From: the human T2T-CHM13v2.0 reference genome, Homo sapiens
Assembly: GCF_009914755.1 (NCBI RefSeq)
Contig: NC_060938.1
Strand: one strand, 5' to 3'
DNA: 64,000 bases
The notes beneath the pieces are model-generated. The model did no database searches. It saw nothing but the letters and a program-made list of their open reading frames with translations, and was not told the origin of the DNA. The position numbers and the translations under genes were made by a program. Shown here piece by piece: positions 1 through 10,199 of the stretch (position 1 is its first letter; each line of letters opens with the position of its first letter).

Positions 1-94
1 AAACATCCTAGGAACCCACTCTAACTCCTCATTTTTTCATGCCTCCTCCAGTGCTCTTCACTCATGCTGTTTCCCCTTCTTCTCTTGGCTTCAG

Positions 95-165
95 ACTCTG
101 GACATTAATGTGAAGGCCCCAGCCCTGATGACAAAGGCAGTGGTGCCAGAAATGGAGAAACGAGG
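95..165 (+). CDS. DHRS4: DHRS4 exon 4 (71 nt)
   Basis: ttcag|ACTCTG...AAACGAGG|gtacag; encodes [23 protein letters not shown]. Confidence 0.92.
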
Positions 166-3100
166 GTACAGAGAGTGAGAGAGAGCCTGGGTGAGAGGGG
201 ACACCACACGGGCTGAGGGCACTGGTCCACAATGGGAAGATGGTCAGCTCTCTTCTTTTTCCAGAGGCGGCTCAGTGGTGATCGTGTCTTCCATAGCAGC
301 CTTCAGTCCATCTCCTGTAAGAACCCTTTTGTCTACCTCTTCCATCCCACCCTCCACTCCACATCTTTCCACCCCTCCTATTACCCAAGGAAGTTTGTGT
401 CCCCTTGTAGAATCACACCACCAAGTCCCTGCCCACAAAATAGATGCCTTGCCTCCACAAACCACAACCTAGGGGAGGTTTAGCCACAAGACAGTTCCCT
501 AACTCTGCCCCTCCCTTACAGGAGATCCCTATTGAGCACTGCCCTCTATGTCTAGTTATTAGAACCAAGAATGACCTGGAAACTATGAGTCTAACACATT
601 CTCTTCTTTCTCCAGGGCTTCAGTCCTTACAATGTCAGTAAAACAGCCTTGCTGGGCCTGACCAAGACCCTGGCCATAGAGCTGGCCCCAAGGAACATTA
701 GGGTGAACTGCCTAGCACCTGGACTTATCAAGACTAGCTTCAGCAGGATGGTGAGGAAGGGGAGCTTTGCATTTGACTGGGACCCCTTGAAAGGCATCCA
801 TCTTCTTGGACAGGGAAGCCCACTACCTGAGTCCTGAGCTCTCAGCCACTCCATTCTCCTTCCCTGGACTTTCCCATATTCCCTCTCTGTACCACCTGCC
901 CTATACAAGCCACACTCTTATCACACCTTTTCTGAGGTATAGGCTGGAGACTGAGGTATTCAGACTGTACTCACACTGTTTCCTCCCTCCTTACATGGAT
1001 GAGAATTGGAGAGACGCAGCAAAATGCATCACTAGAACCTGAAACAAATGAAACAGATGAGGGCAGTGGGGAGAGCTGGGAGCTAGAAAAAAATAGGAAG
1101 TGAAAGAGGGAAGTCTCTCTCCCCATCCCTCCTCTCAGTTACCATGAGGATGGGCAGTTTCTTCCCTTTCCGTTCTTCACTTTCCTCTTCTTAAACATAA
1201 AGAGATTTCTGGGTGGGGTGGCTCATGCCTGTAATCCCAGCACATTGGGAGGCCGAGGCGGGCAGATCACGAGGTCAGGAGGTCGAGACCATCTTGGCTA
1301 ACACGGTGAAACCCCGTCTCTACTAAAAATACAAAAAATTAGCCGGGCGCAGTGGCGAGCGCCTGTAATCCCAGCTACTCGGGAGGCTGAGGCAGGAGAA
1401 TGGCATAACCCGGGAGGCGGAGTTTGCAGTGAGCCAAGATAGCGCCACTACAGTCCGGCCTGGGCAAAAGAGCAAGACTCCGTCTCTAAAAAGAAAAAGA
1501 AAAAGAAAAAAAAAACATAAAGAGATTTCCCTTCTTCCTGCAGCTCTGGATGGACAAGGAAAAAGAGGAAAGCATGAAAGAAACCCTGCGGATAAGAAGG
1601 TAAACTGTCATGAGGGCAAGGGCACTAAGAGACATGAAGATGGGAAGGTCTGGTCCCTAGCAGCCCACAGCCCGCTGTCTCAGTCCCACAGATAACACAG
1701 GCAGGCTCTCTTCTGCCTCACAGACCACGAATTCATAAACACTATCACTACAGTGACCTGAGCAAGAAGTCAGCTTCCCTTTCAAAAGGTAAACACAGAG
1801 ACATCGGGGTTTCAGCAGTGCAGAGCTCTGGGAGAAGCCCTGAGTCCTCTCTCCACCTGGGGGATTGCCTCCACCTCTGAGCATCCATGGAGACCAGGGA
1901 CCATAACCAAAACCATGCTTTGTTAGTCCCCTTGAATAATGACACATGTTTACAAAACTCAGGTTGATGATCTACAATCCAAATGAAAAGAATGAAGAGT
2001 TTTACTAAGCCCCAAACTCCCCTTGCCTAAGGAGTTACTTTCTTCCCCAGTGAGCTGGGTGAACTGTTCAAGCACCTTTGTCGGGCTCCCTTTCCTCTAA
2101 GTTCCCTGCCTCTCTCTACCTTCTGGCTTCAAGGACAAATGCCAGTAATGCCTAACTCTGTACTCGTCCAGACATCCCAAATCTTCCCAAAGCCATTCTG
2201 ATGTGAGACATGAGCTGCAGGCCTGGTTCATAACTCATTAATAAGTGAGGGGATTGTCAACCTAGAGCACCAATGAATGATCTAGCCCATGTAGCTCAAT
2301 ACTGGATTCACATTAGAATCACCTGGGGAGCTTTTTAAACTGCAGGTGCTCAGGCCCCACCCACTCCCAGAGATTCTTTTTAATTGGTCCAAGGTAGGAC
2401 TTGACCATCTGGGCTTTTGTTTTTCTTTGTCTTTTCTTTTCTTTTCTTTTTTGGTTTAAGCCTCTCAAATGATTGCAAGATACAAGTAGAATGGAGAAGC
2501 ATTAATTCAGCCCTTCTAGGTTTGAGTTACTCACTCTGCCCACCTCTAGAGCATTCTATGGCAGGGAGATTAAAGTGTCTCCTAACTATGCAGTCACTGA
2601 TAAAATAAGAATTAGCACATTCTCACTAAATGAACATGACTTTAAGGCACAAGTATAGATTCCTGAAAAAGTTCTAAGCTGAACCTGTACAAATGGAATC
2701 ATTTTAAACACACCATTTACTGTCACACAGACTCCCTGATACTTTAGTGTGTGCACATGTGAAACCATTTTTTTGAAGTATGAAATAATTAATTGCTCAC
2801 CATTTTATCTATATAACTTTGGATTTTGGTGTCCTGAGCTCTCTAAAAACCGGTGTGTTTCTATAGTATTTGAATATTATGGGTAATAGTTTTGCAGAGT
2901 ACAGTATGCTTATACTAAATTATAACAGCATATCCTCGTGGTAACCCTATTTGATAGGCAGAAAGCTTGTACACTGATCCTGAAAAGTCATCTGATAATT
3001 CTTGATTAAGCAAATTTAACTCCCCGTGTCCCAGGTGAGGGAGGCAGACCCGTTTGATTTTTACCTCCTTCCTTGCTTCCCTTATTCCCCAGGTTAGGCG

Positions 3101-3207
3101 AGCCAGAGGATTGTGCTGGCATCGTGTCTTTCCTGTGCTCTGAAGATGCCAGCTACATCACTGGGGAAACAGTGGTGGTGGGTGGAGGAACCCCGTCCCG
3201 CCTCTGA
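95..3207 (+). CDS. DHRS4: Dehydrogenase/reductase SDR family member 4 (peroxisomal NADPH-dependent carbonyl/retinal reductase), 3' part: exons 95-165, 265-316, 616-750, 1544-1599, 3093-3207; 5' exons lie upstream of the window
   Basis: All five exons have AG/GT boundaries and join in frame: [145 protein letters not shown] YxxxK motif and C-terminal PTS1 (SRL). LTKTL is the DHRS4-type residue set; a converted paralog cannot be excluded without the 5' exons. Confidence 0.9.
265..316 (+). CDS. DHRS4: DHRS4 exon 5 (52 nt; contains the SDR catalytic Ser region VIVSS)
   Basis: tttccag|AGGCGGC...TCTCCT|gtaag. Confidence 0.92.
616..750 (+). CDS. DHRS4: DHRS4 exon 6 (135 nt; YNVSK catalytic motif)
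   Basis: ctccag|GGCTTC...AGGATG|gtgagg. Confidence 0.93.
1210..1512 (+). mobile_element. Alu (AluY-like) in intron 6
   Basis: Dimeric Alu with poly(A) tail; AluY-type gagaccatc(t)tggctaacacggtgaaacc; 17-bp TSD aaacataaagagatttc at 1193-1209 and 1513-1529. Confidence 0.93.
1544..1599 (+). CDS. DHRS4: DHRS4 exon 7 (56 nt)
   Basis: cctgcag|CTCTGG...AGAAG|gtaaac. Confidence 0.92.
2290..2500. mobile_element. MER5-like hAT-Charlie DNA transposon remnant (copy at ~42760-42965)
   Basis: cattagaatcacctggggagctttttaaa...ggccccacc...cagagattct...aattggt resembles the MER5 core; boundaries approximate. Confidence 0.55.
3093..3207 (+). CDS. DHRS4: DHRS4 exon 8 coding part, ends ...TPSRL-stop (PTS1)
   Basis: ccccag|GTTAGGC...TCCCGCCTCTGA. 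Confidence 0.93.
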
Positions 3208-3579
3208 GGACCGGGAGACAGCCCACAGGCCAGAGTTGGGCTCTAGCTCCTGGTGCTGTTCCTGCATTCACCCACTGGCCTTTCCCACCTCTGCTCACCT
3301 TACTGTTCACCTCATCAAATCAGTTCTGCCCTGTGAAAAGATCCAGCCTTCCCTGCCGTCAAGGTGGCGTCTTACTCGGGATTCCTGCTGTTGTTGTGGC
3401 CTTGGGTAAAGGCCTCCCCTGAGAACACAGGACAGGCCTGCTGACAAGGCTGAGTCTACCTTGGCAAAGACCAAGATATTTTTTCCTGGGCCACTGGGGA
3501 ATCTGAGGGGTGATGGGAGAGAAGGAACCTGGAGTGGAAGGAGCAGAGTTGCAAATTAACAACTTGCAAATGAGGTGCA

Positions 3580-3585
3580 AATAAA
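3580..3585 (+). terminator. Polyadenylation signal of DHRS4
   Basis: AATAAA ~370 nt after the stop, followed by a T/GT-rich stretch; same signal in the paralog at 44042-44047. Confidence 0.75.
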
Positions 3586-3769
3586 ATGCAGATGATTGCG
3601 CGGCTTTGAATCCAATTGACCTGTTCATTTCTCAGTGTTGGGTGCTTAGCTGAGCAGAGAGCAGAAGTCTATTCAGGCTGGATCTCTGGATCCCCCAGCC
3701 CTCCTCCCTGTCTCCAGAACTTGAGCGTGATGTTCACGGGTGGAGGTGTCTGCAGAGCTGCCAGCTGGA

Positions 3770-4720
3770 AGGAAGGTGGCACGGGAACTCCCAGGACGCC
3801 ACGGGAATCCCCGAGGCAGCGCGAGCCCGGAGAGAGTGGGGAAGGATGAACTCTCTAACACCTCCCCGCCCCTTGCCTCCCAGATCAGGCCAGGTCCTCT
3901 CCCCGCATGGCCCTACGTCCCGAGTTCCCTCCCGAGTCAGCAAGTACAAGCTGGATGGGTCCTGAGCCGGTGGGGAATAGAGAAAGGCCCTGCAAGGTAC
4001 CCAGGCCCACAAACAAAAGAAATGGGTTCTGCCCACGGGCCCGAGGATTCAGTAGAAGGAAAGTGGGGACGCTGTCCCCCGCCCCAAAGGCACTGACACT
4101 GGGCGACACACGCTGAGCCTCTCACACCGACGGGCCTCTCACGCCGGAGCCGGCAAGAAAGGTCGGCGCCAGCCCGCGGGCTCTCAGGAGGCTCGGCAGC
4201 GCGACGCGCATGCTCAGTCGGGCAGCTCTCCGGGCCGGCGTGGGAGCCCGCGCTCCAAAGCCCGGTGGGGGGAGGGGCGCTCACGCAACCGCCACTGTCT
4301 GGAGCGGGCTCGCCTCTGCGGCGGCACTCACCGCCCGGGCTTTACTGAAGCGGAGTCTAGCATGTGCGGCTGCTCCACAGCGGTGTGGGTGGCGGCGGCT
4401 CCTCTGCAGCAGCCTCGGCAGTAGGGGTCACGGTGGCCAAGCCCACCGTGGAGCTCATCTGAGAGTTGTAAGGTACGGGACTGCCTCGGTCTTTGGGACG
4501 CCCCGTCTGGTAGCATCCCAGATCCAGCACGTTCCTTCCGGCCCTGCACCCCGGCCCGGTGCCTCACACCCCGCTACCCCATGCATCCAGACTCTAAGGC
4601 AGCCCCTGCATCTCAGTCCTGACATCGCTGTCCCTGGAGCATCCTCCGCTGGAGCTGGAGCTTGACAGGTAGGGTGGAGAGGGCCGTGGGGGGGGTGCGG
4701 AAACTGCATCAATTAACGGG
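3770..4720 (+). promoter_or_regulatory. CpG island / promoter, probably derived from the CARMIL3 5' end; candidate upstream promoter for the next paralog
   Basis: High GC and CpG density, GC boxes, NRF1-like CGCGCATGCTCA at 4205-4216, splice donors after 4472 (AAG|gtacgg) and 4668 (CAG|gtaggg). Confidence 0.75.
4433..4472 (+). pseudogene. Decayed copy of CARMIL3 (LRRC16B) coding exon 1
   Basis: GTG GCC AAG CCC ACC GTG GAG CTC ATC TGA GAG TTG TAA G|gtacgg = VAKPTVELI*EL*, versus the CARMIL3 N-terminus MAKPSVELTRELQD as I recall it; start lost, two stops, donor intact. Confidence 0.8.
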
Positions 4721-6902
4721 GCCGTGGGGGAGGGAAGTCCTCCATTGCTAAGGCTTCAGTAGGCGTTCTATGATCACAGTGTAAACAAAGCTGCAGGGAA
4801 GCTCTAACTGGGCGGAACCCACCGCAGCTCAGCAAGGCCTACTGCCTCTCCAGATTCCACCTCAGGGGCCAGGGCATATCTGAGCAAAAGGCAGCAGACA
4901 GCTTCTGCAGACTTCAGTGTCCTTGCCTGACATCTCTAAAGACAGCAGTGGTTCTCCCAGCACGGAGTTCGTGCTCCGATAACGGACAGACTGCCTCCCC
5001 AAGTGGGTCCCTGACCCCCATGTAGCTTGACTGAAAAACACCGCCCAGTAGGGGCGGAGAGACACCTCATACAGGTGGGTGCCCCTGTGGAACAAAGCTT
5101 CCAGAAGAAGGATCAGGCAGCAATATTTGCTGTTCTGCAGCCTCCTCTACTGATACCCAAGAAAATAAGGTCTGGAATGGACTTCCAGCAAACCCCCAAA
5201 GACCTGCAGCTGAGGGGCCTGTTAGAAGGAAAACTAACAAACAGAAAGGAATAGCATCAACATCAGCAAAGGACAGCATCAACATCAGAACAGGAAAGGA
5301 CATCCACACTAAAACCCCATCCATAGGTCACCAACATCAAAGACCAAAGGTAGATAAAACCACAAAGATGGAGAGAAACCAGAGCAAAAAGGCTGAAACT
5401 TCCAGAAATCAGAACGTCTCTTCTCTTCCAAAGGAATACAAGTCCTCACCAGCAAGGGAACAAAACTGGATGGAGAATAAGTTTGATGACTTGACAGACG
5501 TAAGCTTCAGAAGGTCAGTAATAACAAACTACACCCAGCTAAAGGAGCATGTTCTAACCCATTGCAAGGAAGCTAAAAACCTTGACAAAAGGTTAAACGA
5601 ATGGCTAACTAGAATGAAGAATCTAGAGAAGAGCTTAAATGACCTGATGGAGCTGATAACCACAGTACAAGAACTTCATGAAGGATACACAAGCTTCAAT
5701 AGCTGATTCAATCAAGTGGAAGAAAGGATATCAGTGATTGAATATAAAATTAATGAAATAAAGTGAGAACACAAGATTAGAGACAAGAAAAGAAAAAAGA
5801 AACATTCAAATTCAGGAAATACAGAGAACATCACAAAGACACTCCTTGAGAAGAGCAACCCCAAGACACATAATTGTCAGATTCAGCAAGGTTAAGGGCA
5901 GCCAGAGAGAAAGGTTGGGTTACCAACAAAGGGAAGCCCATCAGACTAACAGCAGATCTCTCAGCAGAAACCATACAAACCAGAAGAGAGTCGGGACCAA
6001 TATTCAACATTCTGAAAGAAAAGATTTTTGGAACTAGAATTTCATATCCAGCCAAACTAAGCTTCGTAAGTGAAGGAGAAATAAAATCCTTTACAGACAA
6101 GCAGATGCTGAGAGAGTTTGTCACCACCAGGCCTGCCTTACAATAAGAGCTCCTGAAGGAAGCACTAAACATGGAAAGGAACAACCAGTACCAGCCACTG
6201 CAAAAACATACGAAATTGTAAAGACCATTGATGCTATGAAGAAACTGCATCAATTAATGGGCAAAATAACCAGCTAACGTCATGACAGGATCAAATTCAC
6301 ATATAACAATACTAACCTTCAATGTAAATGGGATAAATGCCCCAATTAAAAGACACTGACTGGCAAATTGGATAAAGAATCAAGACCCATATGGTGTGCT
6401 GTATTCAGGAGACCCAATCTCACGTGCAAAGACACACATAGGCTCAAAATGAAGGTGTGTCTGGAATTGGTGGGTTCTTGGTCTCACTGACTTCAAGAAT
6501 GAAGCCACGGACCCTCGCAGTGAGTGTTACAGTCCTTAAAGGCAGCGTGTCCGGAGTTTGTTCCTTCTGATGTTCAGACACGTTCAGAGTTTTTTCCTTC
6601 TGGTGGGTTCGTGGTCTCGCTGGCTTCAGGAGTGAAGCTGCGGACCTTCACAGTGAGTGTTACAGCTCTTAAGGCGGCATGTCTGGAGTTGTTCGTTCCT
6701 CCCATCCGGAGTTGTTCATTCCTCCCACTGGGTTCGTGGCCTCACTGGCCTCAGGAGTGAAGCTGCAGACCTTCACGATGAGTGTTACAGCTCATAAAGG
6801 CCGTGTGGACCCAAAGAGTGAGGGGCAGCAAGATTTATTGCAAAGAGCGAAAGAACAAAGCTTCCACAGTGTGGAAGGGGACCCAAGCAGGTTGCTACTG
6901 TT

Positions 6903-7927
6903 TGAAGGGGTGGCTTGCCCCTCCACACCTGTGGGTATTTCTAGTCAGGTGGGACGAGAGACTGAGAAAGAGAAATAAGACACAGAGACAAAGTATAGAG
7001 AAACAACAGTGAGCCCAGGGGACCGGCGCTCAGCATACCAAGGACTTGCACCAGCACCGGTCTCTGAGTTCCCTCAGTTTTTATTGATTATTATCGTCAT
7101 TATTTCAGTAAAAAGGAATGTAGTAGGAGGGCAGGGTGATAATAAGGAGAAGGTCAGCAACAAACGTGAGCAATAGAATCTAATAATTCAGTTCAAGGGA
7201 AGGTACTATGACTGGACATGCACGTAAGCCAGATTTATGTTTCTCTCCACCCAAACATCTCGGTGGAGTAAAGAATAACGAGGCAGCATTGCTGCAAACA
7301 TGTCTCGCCTCCCACCATAGGGCGGTTTTTCTCTCATCTCAGAACTGAACAAATGTACAATCGGGATTTATACCGAGACTTTTAGTTCCCAGGAGCAGGC
7401 AGGAGACAGTGGCCTTCCTCTATCTCAACTGCAAGAGGCCTTCCTTTTTTACTAACCCACCGCAGCACAGACCCTTTATGGGTGTCGGGCTGGGGGACAG
7501 TCAGGTCTTTCTCATCCCAGGAGGCCATATTTCAGACTATCACATGGGGAGAAACCTTGGACAATACCCTGCTTTCAAGGGCAGAGGTCCCTGCGGCTTT
7601 CTGCAGTGCACTGTGCCCCTGGTTTATTGAGACTAGAGAATGGCGATGACTTTTACCAAGTATACTGCTTGTAAACATTTTGTTAACAAGGCACGTCCTA
7701 CACAGTCCTAGATCCCTTAAACCTTGATTTCATACAACACATGTTCTTGTGAGCTCCAGGTTGGGTCAAAGTGGTTGGGTCAAAGTGGCTGGGGCAAAGC
7801 TAAAAATTAACAACATCTCAGAAAAGCAATTATTTAAAGTACAGGTCTTTTTCAAAATGTAGTCTCTTATGTCTTCCCTTTCTACATAGACACGGTAACA
7901 GTCTGATCTCTCTTTCTTTTCCCTACA
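6903..7927 (-). mobile_element. HML-2 3' LTR (LTR5)
   Basis: On the minus strand reads tgtagggaaaagaaagagagatcagac...cccctTCA; preceded by polypurine tract aaaaagaaaagggggata (7928-7945). Confidence 0.93.
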
Positions 7928-8107
7928 TATCCCCCTTTTCTTTTTGACAAAACTGTCATTGTCACCATGGCCTGTTTTTGCTGGTCACTGTCTTTCTGGA
8001 ACTGCTGGATACACCTGTAGACTAACAATAGAGAGGGCAGACATACAAGGATTAATACAAAATTTGCAATAGTGGAATTTCCAATGGTTTTAACCCAAGT
8101 GATGGGG
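7882..8107 (-). pseudogene. env: HML-2 env C-terminal fragment (TM anchor and cytoplasmic tail)
   Basis: [23 protein letters not shown]...[29 protein letters not shown] matches the HML-2 Env C-terminus. Confidence 0.88.
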
Positions 8108-8621
8108 GCAAGAGGACAGTGTGGGTGCTCCGGCACCCAGGCAGTCTCCCTTCTCCTTTGTCTCTTAGTTGTTGTTTCTCATAGTTTTCAATCTTTCTCC
8201 TCACCTGCTCACTCGCACTTTTTGTTTCATTGTCTCCCTTCTCTTATGGTCTCTCTCTCTTTTTCTCTTTTTCTTCCTTTTACACTATTTCTTTTCCCAG
8301 TCTCACTTTCTGTGTCTCTCTCTGATCTCTGTCTTTCTCTTTTACATTATTTTTTTCCCCAGTCTCACCTTCTGTGTCTTTCTCTGATCTCTGTCTTTTC
8401 CAGTCTCTCTCTTACTCATTTTCTCCCTCTCTTTCTCTCTCTCTCTCTCTCTCTCTGTCTGTCATCCCGTGTCCTCTCTCCTTCACACTCAGTCTCTTTT
8501 TCTTTTTCTTTTTCTCCCTGGCTCTCCACATCTGCCGTTTTCTCTCCTTTCTCTTTCTGATTTCTCTTCTCACTTTCTCTCTTCCTTTCTTTCCCAGTTT
8601 CTCTTTTTTCTCTGTTGGTCT
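8108..8621. repeat. CT-rich low-complexity filler replacing most of pol and env
   Basis: (CT)n and TTTC runs plus a diverged ~60-bp tandem pair at ~8278-8400; lies between RT ...STPFHYLG and env PITWV. Confidence 0.8.
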
Positions 8622-9325
8622 TTCCCAAATAATGAAAAGGAGTGGAGGTCTGAATGTTATCAGATGCTATTGTCAGGCCTGCGTTTGCAACCTCTGTCTG
8701 CAGAAATGTGTAACAGTCAATTAATTTGTCTCTCGTTTCTGCAGCACTCAAAATATCATCAACATAATGAATAATATAACAGTCTGAAAACTTGTCTCTA
8801 ACTGGTTGAAGAACTTGAGCTACAAAAGTCTGACAAATAGTTGGACTATTAAGCATTCCCTGAGGCAACACTTTCCGCTGAAATCTGGTGGCTGGTTTTT
8901 TATTATTTATGGCTGGTATAGTAAAAGCAAATTTTTTTAAATCCTATTTTGCCAGAGGAATGGTAAAAACGCAATCCTTTAGCTCAATTATAATTAAAGG
9001 CCAATCTTTGGGGATCATGGCCGGAGAAAGCAGCCCAAGTTGGAGAGTCCCCATGGGTTGAATTACTGCATTGATGGCTCTCAAATCAGTTAGGATGCAC
9101 CATCTGCCTGATTTTTTCTGAATTACAAACGCAGGAGAATGCCAAGGTGAAAATGAAGGCTCAATGTTTCCCTTTTCTAATTGTTCCTTTGCCACTAAGT
9201 GTAAGGCCTCCAGTTTTTGCTTTGGTAGTGGCCACTGATTTACCCATACAGGCTTTTCTGTTTTCCCAGTTAATGGAATGGGTTTTGGAGGCTCTACAGT
9301 GGCCACTCCTAAAAAGGATACCCTA
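8622..9325 (-). pseudogene. pol: HML-2 pol, N-terminal RT fragment (disrupted near 8944, truncated after STPFHYLG)
   Basis: [19 protein letters not shown]...[13 protein letters not shown]...[10 protein letters not shown]. Confidence 0.9.
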
Positions 9326-10175
9326 TTTCTTTTTTTTTTTTTTTTTTGGATTTTTTTAGCCTCAATTGGGACTTTAATGCCTTCTCCATTTTTCCCTAGT
9401 CCTTTACCAGAGAGATATCCCATTTTAGTCATGATTTTTTGACTCGTGGGGCTGTATAGGGAGACTGGAATAGTAATCTCTGCATGCCACTGTTCTAACA
9501 AGTCTCGGCCCCATAAGTTAATTGGAATAGAAATAATCATAGGCTGAACTGTACTCTCTTGATTATTAGGGCCTAGACAATGTAAAATCATGGCACTTTG
9601 ATACACTTCTGAGGCGGTGCCCACACCAACAAATCCTGTAACAGGCTTTTGTTTAGGACAATTTTTTGGCCATTGATTTAAGACAATAATAGAAACATCA
9701 GCCCCAGTAGCCACTAATCCTTCAAACTGCTTTCCCTGAATAGTGACTGTACACACAGGTCTATTCTCTGAGAGCTGACTAGCCCAATAAACAACTTTTC
9801 CAGCAGGGTTGGTACTTCCAAACCCTCCTGTTCTTTCTGTTTTGCTATTCCCAATTTTAATATAAGGCAAAAGCAATAATTGAGCAATTCTATCACCTGG
9901 ATTGGCACTCCAGGGAACAGCAGAGCTGATCACTAACTGAATTTCCCCTTTATAATCTGAATCAATTACCCCAGTATGAATTTGGACTCCCTTTAAATTT
10001 AGACTTGATCTTCCTAAAATAAGGCCTACCATCCCTTCTGGCAGCAGGCCATACACCCCAGTAGGAATCTTTTGAGGGAGCACTCCAGGGAGTGAAGAAA
10101 CCATTTGAGTAGAACATAAATCTACTGCTGCGCTGCCTGCTGTGGTGGGGGATAACTGTTGTATTGTTGTAATTG
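9326..10175 (-). pseudogene. pro: HML-2 pro: dUTPase + protease (catalytic DTG changed to ATG) + G-patch
   Basis: [37 protein letters not shown]; [12 protein letters not shown]; [16 protein letters not shown]. Confidence 0.9.
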
Positions 10176-10199
10176 GCTGATTCCCTGGAATGGTGGTAT

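Noticed and set aside
3616-4116. Overlapping short ORFs conserved in both duplicons
   Set aside because: Conservation reflects near-identity of the duplicons, and GC richness suppresses stops; no recognisable protein.
6500-6800. Regularly spaced gtgagtgttacag repeats resembling an array
   Set aside because: Normal internal tandem repeats of LTR12; not CRISPR-like.
8072-8774. Hydrophobic Leu/Ser/Phe-rich plus-strand ORFs
   Set aside because: Translation artefacts of CT-rich low-complexity DNA.
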